From positions 1 through 39,957 of IMG/VR virus record IMGVR_UViG_3300029821_000130: DNA of 39,957 nucleotides, one strand, 5' to 3'. Under the pieces are notes generated by a model. It saw only the letters and a program-made list of their open reading frames with translations, had not been told where the DNA came from and did not search any database. Made by a program: the position numbers and the translations under genes. Positions 35,222 to 39,957 of the stretch are shown piece by piece. Numbering within the stretch: position 1 is the stretch's first letter; every line of letters begins with the position of its first letter. The DNA is from a virus (Duplodnaviria; Caudoviricetes).

Positions 35222-37438
35222 ATGCTATCAATCAAATTAGGCAACTACATTGCTGATCTTTCAAAAAGTCAACTTTCAATAGTTCGCACTTCTCCATATC
35301 CCGGAGTAGCTGTTGGCAACCAGGGCGGAAATTTTATATTTAATTTTACTCTCCCTGCAACCGATGAGCTGAAAGCTGCACTTAAATATGCTCATCGGCC
35401 GCAAAGCGGTTCATCTGTAGTTTACGAACCCTATCACTTTGATGCCGGCAGCGGGTTGGTATTTGAAGGAATGGCCAAGGTCGTCGAAAGCTCCAGTGAG
35501 GAGTATGAAATATTCTGCCCGGTCGAAAATGGCGATTTTAATTTTGCTGCAAAAAAGATAAAGCTTAATGAAATTGAGCTTGGTGGTGATCGTTTGTTGG
35601 ATAGCGATCGTGAACGTGTTAATGCTAAAATTGGCTATGTAATTGATGTAGACCAGGGATCTGAAGAAGACTTTTCAGTCGAAACTGTTTTGCCATTTGA
35701 GTCTATTAGTACGAATAATTTTGGCGAATTAAATGAAGCTGGAGATACTTTTACTTCTGAAGTTGAAACATTATTAAGCTTCATTTTTGAAATTAATCCA
35801 TGGAATAATCTATCAAATTTAGCTGAATTCAGATTATTTAAAAATAATGCCCTGGTTGGATCTAAAGTACTAAACGGTTACTATAAAGAGATTGCAAGTT
35901 TTGATTTGAATGCAGCTGTTGGTGATGTTTTTACATGGCATATTTATATTGAATCCACTTGGGGTGGATATGATTACCGTATATTTTTCAGAATTTATGC
36001 AGATACCAGTATACTGGTTAGTAAAACTATATCGCAGGTGCTGACTCAAGCAGCCGGCAGTATTTATCCCGAGTCTGACTTTACTGTTTTTCCACTCGAG
36101 AACCCACAGGCATTTGATAGTTGGGATGATGATTTTTATCAGGCAGACAATTTTTCAATAAAGGAGATCTATTCGAAATATTTCAAGGTGCTCAATTATT
36201 GGAAAGATGGTATCTTTCCTTATTATCTTACAGGTGAAGTTGCTGATGGCGAAAATGAATATAAGGCATTCAAGGCAGGGAATCTGATTGTGCCATTTCC
36301 TTACATTGCATATCTAATAAAGAAAATACTACAACACTTTAAGTTAAGATGTGATGTTAATCCTTTTGAAGATCAGCTTAAGCGTGCAGTATTGGTTAAT
36401 CATTTTATAGAAAACGAGTTTTTGGATAACGACGCAAAGCTTGTTACTTCTAAAGCAGGATTTAACTTACAGGATCACGTTCCGGAATGGACTGTTTATG
36501 ACTTTTTGAAACATCTATGCAATTTATTTGGATTAGGTTACGAGGTCGATAATCAGCGCAGCGCTATTGAATTCCATTTTCTCGATGATATTCTTACAAC
36601 TGATGATTATATTGATATCTCTCACCTGGTAATTGGGAAAATCAGGGTTAAACCACCTGCAGTAACAGGTATTAAAATTGAGCATAAGCCTGCTTCTGAA
36701 GATAAATATTTTGATTACGTGAAATCACTTGATGGGTTAACATATAAAGGAGAAATTCAAAGATGGTTAGATTTGCCTACGGGACAAATTAATGATTGTT
36801 ATTTCGTTAAACAGATGGATAGTTACTATGCCTTTAAATATGATCCGGATATCTATGCATTTGGATGGGTTGTATATTCGAAAAATTTCAAACAATCGAT
36901 AGTTACCGGAAAATCGGAAGGTGCAATTGAGATAAGTTCTGATATCTACCCTGTTATAATGAGAAGCCCATATTGGCTTGATGATGTAATTGGAGCACCT
37001 GAGTGGCGCTTATGGCATATTCCTGCAAGTCATCAGGCATGTAAGTTTGAGGGTGCACCTGAAATGTATCAAACTAAATGGATGCCGGGTGTGCTTTGGT
37101 ATCATGGCATGGTAAAAGATAATCAGGAGAATGATTACCCTTTTGCTTCTCCTGGTATAAAATATCCCGATGGCGCAACAATTCCAGGAATGAATTTTTC
37201 TCTGAAGCTGGAGGGCGAAACCGGGCTTTATACAAAAAAGTGGAAACGTTTCGCCGAATGGCGCATAAATGCCAGGGAAGTCGTGGTTCCAATACTTCCG
37301 GATTCGGAGTTTATTCGCACTTTGAGATTCAATAGAAAGTATATGATTGATGGAGTAAGATACATTATAGCTGAATTTAGATGCAATATTTCAAGCCATG
37401 GACCTGAACCCGGTGAGCTTACTATGCTCAGATTATAA
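35222..37438 (+). CDS. Large tail tip / baseplate hub-like protein
   Basis: 738 aa; FNFTLPAT near the N-terminus, LQDHVPEWTVYDFLKHL centrally, KYMIDG near the C-terminus; typical of tail-tip proteins. Confidence 0.65.
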   Translation: MLSIKLGNYIADLSKSQLSIVRTSPYPGVAVGNQGGNFIFNFTLPATDELKAALKYAHRPQSGSSVVYEPYHFDAGSGLVFEGMAKVVESSSEEYEIFCPVENGDFNFAAKKIKLNEIELGGDRLLDSDRERVNAKIGYVIDVDQGSEEDFSVETVLPFESISTNNFGELNEAGDTFTSEVETLLSFIFEINPWNNLSNLAEFRLFKNNALVGSKVLNGYYKEIASFDLNAAVGDVFTWHIYIESTWGGYDYRIFFRIYADTSILVSKTISQVLTQAAGSIYPESDFTVFPLENPQAFDSWDDDFYQADNFSIKEIYSKYFKVLNYWKDGIFPYYLTGEVADGENEYKAFKAGNLIVPFPYIAYLIKKILQHFKLRCDVNPFEDQLKRAVLVNHFIENEFLDNDAKLVTSKAGFNLQDHVPEWTVYDFLKHLCNLFGLGYEVDNQRSAIEFHFLDDILTTDDYIDISHLVIGKIRVKPPAVTGIKIEHKPASEDKYFDYVKSLDGLTYKGEIQRWLDLPTGQINDCYFVKQMDSYYAFKYDPDIYAFGWVVYSKNFKQSIVTGKSEGAIEISSDIYPVIMRSPYWLDDVIGAPEWRLWHIPASHQACKFEGAPEMYQTKWMPGVLWYHGMVKDNQENDYPFASPGIKYPDGATIPGMNFSLKLEGETGLYTKKWKRFAEWRINAREVVVPILPDSEFIRTLRFNRKYMIDGVRYIIAEFRCNISSHGPEPGELTMLRL

Positions 37439-37439
37439 T

Positions 37440-37474
37440 GTCCTTTGAAAGCGGCTTCGACCGCTGTAAACTTG
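37440..37474 (+). promoter_or_regulatory. Putative late promoter 6 (GTCCTTT-N20-TAAACTTG)
   Basis: Motif copy preceding the lysis cassette. Confidence 0.75.
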
Positions 37475-37490
37475 TAGAAAAATCACAGTT

Positions 37491-37877
37491 ATGGTAACAC
37501 CAGTCAAAGGGCGAGTCTCATCAAAATTTGGATACAGAATACATCCGATCACAAAGGAAAAAAAATCTTTTCATAATGGGGTTGATATATCAGCACCGGA
37601 GGGCACGCCGATCGTTGCTCCGGTTGCTGGTAAGATAACCGAATTCTGGACTCATGACAGGGGTGGCCATTGCCTCGCTTTGACCTCTGCAGATGGATTG
37701 TTGCGCTTCGGATTTGCTCACCTGAGTAAACGTTTTGTGAGTCGCGGGGCAGTTGTTAAACAAGGCGAACTGATTGCTAATGTTGGAAATACCGGAGTTT
37801 CAACAGGAGCTCACTTACATTTTACAATGAAAAAAAACGGATCATGGATTGATCCTCAGTTACACTTTAGTTTCTAA
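37491..37877 (+). CDS. M23 peptidase endolysin
   Basis: HNGVD (HxxxD), FAHLS, GNTGVSTGAHLHF (HxH). Confidence 0.92.
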   Translation: MVTPVKGRVSSKFGYRIHPITKEKKSFHNGVDISAPEGTPIVAPVAGKITEFWTHDRGGHCLALTSADGLLRFGFAHLSKRFVSRGAVVKQGELIANVGNTGVSTGAHLHFTMKKNGSWIDPQLHFSF

Positions 37878-37884
37878 ACTTCTT

Positions 37885-38211
37885 ATGTTGCTCGAACTCT
37901 TTATTACAGCTCTGTCTTCAGGATCCGTTGCAAGTCTTCTGACCTGGTTATTTTCAAAGAAAAGACGTGACAACGATTTTCTTTCTGCACTGCAAAACTC
38001 AATTAATATTCTCACCGAGAATTACACCATCACCCTGAACAAGTTGGTAGAAGTACAGCGGCAAAATGCTGAATTAATAGCAGGCCAATTAACCATGCAG
38101 TCTGAGATCAACACTTTGAAAAAAGAGAACAGTAAACTGCTTGAAAAAATCAACGAATTAACCAAACTTTTAAAATCAAAAACGCAATGCGAAACATCAC
38201 CACATTCATAA
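37885..38211 (+). CDS. Putative holin (N-terminal TM helix plus coiled coil)
   Basis: Likely start ATG 37885; hydrophobic N-terminus followed by KKRR and a coiled coil; lies between endolysin and spanin genes. Confidence 0.55.
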   Translation: MLLELFITALSSGSVASLLTWLFSKKRRDNDFLSALQNSINILTENYTITLNKLVEVQRQNAELIAGQLTMQSEINTLKKENSKLLEKINELTKLLKSKTQCETSPHS

Positions 38212-38759
38212 TTTTAATTTTGATCGTTCTTTCTTCATGCATAACCTCCAGGCCTGAGCGATTGGAATCAAAAAGACAGCGCAAATGTGAGCTTGCCAAT
38301 TATCGTTGGGGGTGTAATCTGTCTTCAGACAGTGTTATGATCATCCGGGAAACCATTACAGAATTGCGGGATACTACCATCTTTTTTTATGTGCCGGCTG
38401 ATACTGTCAGTGATACTCTGTTTGTGTTTTTTGATGACAATGGTCTTGTAAATAGCAAGCCATCAACACTTGATACTGAGTTTGCCTCCAGCTGGGCACA
38501 GGTTGTTCAAGGTAAATTGTATCACGATCTTGTTCAAAAAGAAAAGGAGCTCGCGGCGACAATCAAGGATGCAATTCAAAAGCACTCTAAAATTGAGTAC
38601 AAGGCCGTTATAAAAACTATCGAGAAGGAAGTTAATCGTTTAACCGGCTGGCAAAAGTTTTTTATAATTATCGGTAAAGTATTCTCAATACTTACCCTTT
38701 TCACGTTTGGTTATGTAGTGATACAGGTAATCAAATGGCTGAAGGAAATAGTTAAATGA
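38187..38759 (+). CDS. Putative unimolecular spanin
   Basis: Lipobox LSSC after a hydrophobic signal plus a C-terminal TM helix (FFIIIGKVFSILTLFTFGYVVI); last gene of the lysis cassette. Confidence 0.7.
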   Translation: MRNITTFIILILIVLSSCITSRPERLESKRQRKCELANYRWGCNLSSDSVMIIRETITELRDTTIFFYVPADTVSDTLFVFFDDNGLVNSKPSTLDTEFASSWAQVVQGKLYHDLVQKEKELAATIKDAIQKHSKIEYKAVIKTIEKEVNRLTGWQKFFIIIGKVFSILTLFTFGYVVIQVIKWLKEIVK

Positions 38760-39957
38760 TTCCCTTCAGGAATTCAGGACGAAGGTTTACAACCTTTTGA
38801 GATTTCTCACCAAAATGCCTTCTTACATAATGAATCGTAGATTCAAAGCTAGTGTGACCCAGCTGAGCCATAAGTTCTGCCAAGGTTGCTCCGCTTTCCA
38901 TTAAGATACCGGCTCCAGTGTGTTTCAAACTGTAGAATGAGTATTTTTCAGACAGTTTTAATATGTCACGATAAATCCTGAATTTACGATTAAAATGATT
39001 TTTGCCTATAGTTACAGGTCCCGGTTCTCCAAATTTCCCGAAAATGTAAAAGTTTGCATCAAACGCCAATAAGTTTGCATTCAGGATTAATTCTTCAAGA
39101 GCCAGGGGAATAGTTACTACCCGTTTTCTCATTTTCGCGTTATTGTCTGCAACATAAGCAGCTTTCCTGTGCAGGTCGATATCTTGCACTTTCATTAGCC
39201 TGAGTTCCTGCCCTGGTCTCAATAACAAGAAGAACTGGAAAAGGCTGGCGACAAGCATTTGTTTATCATGCAAGGCGACGTATTCGAGGTATTTTTTCAT
39301 GTCCCGGTCAGTAATTGGCCGAGCTGCATTGTCAACTAACTTTGAAGCACGAGGGATATCATGAACAGGATTTTCTTTTATAAGTTTTGTCTTTAAAAAA
39401 TATGCGAACATTGAGCTTATAAGTATGCGGTAATTTTTAACCGTGACCGAATCTAGTTTTCTCTTCTGTATCAAGTAAATAAAGTATTTTGTAATAATTT
39501 CATTGGTCAATTGAGACAAAAGAAGTTCACCATAACCGTTACTTTCAAGCCATAACTCAAACCTTCTGATTTTGGATTGATAGGTTTCATAGCTTTTCAA
39601 GCTCACGTCGCTTTTCTTGTAAGTAAGGAATTCCGAAAAGTATCTTCTTATTTGATTTTTATCTTTCCTGGTTCTGCCGGTAATAGAAACAACATTATGA
39701 TATTCAACCTCATCTCTATAAATGACATTATTGCCGTCCCATGGCCGCCATCCTGATTTTAACTTATCAGTTAAATGAGAGATTATTTTTTTTGCATGTC
39801 CAGCAACCTGCTCAGGGCAGAGCTTCGCGAAGCCTTTATATACCCTAAATCTTTCAAGGCGATTGGTTTTAATGTAAAAACAACGGTACTCTACAAAATA
39901 GGTACCGTTATTAGAATCTACCAAATAGGGTAAAACGACATCAATTTGTTTTTCCAT
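38752..39957 (-). CDS. int: Tyrosine recombinase / phage integrase
   Basis: SAM-like core-binding domain; LRPGQELR (R), YSLKHTG, QLGH and TIHY (catalytic Y). Confidence 0.92.
   Translation of the reverse strand: MEKQIDVVLPYLVDSNNGTYFVEYRCFYIKTNRLERFRVYKGFAKLCPEQVAGHAKKIISHLTDKLKSGWRPWDGNNVIYRDEVEYHNVVSITGRTRKDKNQIRRYFSEFLTYKKSDVSLKSYETYQSKIRRFELWLESNGYGELLLSQLTNEIITKYFIYLIQKRKLDSVTVKNYRILISSMFAYFLKTKLIKENPVHDIPRASKLVDNAARPITDRDMKKYLEYVALHDKQMLVASLFQFFLLLRPGQELRLMKVQDIDLHRKAAYVADNNAKMRKRVVTIPLALEELILNANLLAFDANFYIFGKFGEPGPVTIGKNHFNRKFRIYRDILKLSEKYSFYSLKHTGAGILMESGATLAELMAQLGHTSFESTIHYVRRHFGEKSQKVVNLRPEFLKGII

Larger units (their letters stand above)
1..39957. mobile_element. Temperate tailed phage/prophage of a Bacteroidota host (partial; immunity region and att sites not in window)
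   Basis: Primase-helicase, S49 protease, capsid, terminase, portal, tape measure, lysis cassette and tyrosine integrase occur in one co-oriented block. Confidence 0.95.

Noticed and set aside
28512-37438. Diversity-generating retroelement or invertible fibre cassette
   Set aside because: No reverse transcriptase or invertase ORF, and no template/variable repeat pair or flanking inverted repeats were noticed by eye. A self dot-plot would settle this.
1-39957. Stop-codon reassignment, tRNA genes, and the many short antisense or nested ORFs in the track
   Set aside because: Genes are full-length and densely packed under the standard code, and no tRNA cloverleaf was noticed. The nested ORFs lie within longer motif-bearing genes.

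Overview
The whole window reads as most of a temperate, long-tailed (siphovirus-like) prophage of a Bacteroidota host. The host is inferred from TAnnTTTG-type promoter elements, A-rich start-codon contexts with few SD motifs, and the protein families present. Layout, left to right: (1) early/replication genes at 1-8111 (994-aa TOPRIM primase-helicase, DnaA-domain-IV-like protein, Tad2/DUF2829); (2) an AT-rich iteron array that is probably the origin (8185-8717); (3) head, tail-tube and terminase genes with an inserted two-domain glycosyltransferase and a PLD-like protein (9298-17670); (4) an accessory island between terL and portal (17690-20970) with a minus-strand ArdC/SymE operon, a structured element, a candidate cos site, a C4/CI-like RNA and a secreted protein; (5) portal, adaptors, tape measure and tail genes (21021-33000, 35222-37438); (6) a moron block with HEPN, secreted Zn-finger/PBCV-adaptor and thermonuclease genes (33436-35165); (7) an M23 endolysin/holin/u-spanin lysis cassette; (8) a convergent tyrosine integrase. 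The repressor and att sites are not in the window. The two strongest non-coding signals are six copies of a bipartite GTCCTTT-N20-T(A)nnnT(T/A)G motif in front of late gene blocks, and a C4/CI-type three-way-junction RNA with complementary target heptamers just upstream. All protein calls come from motif recognition by eye; no database searches were run.
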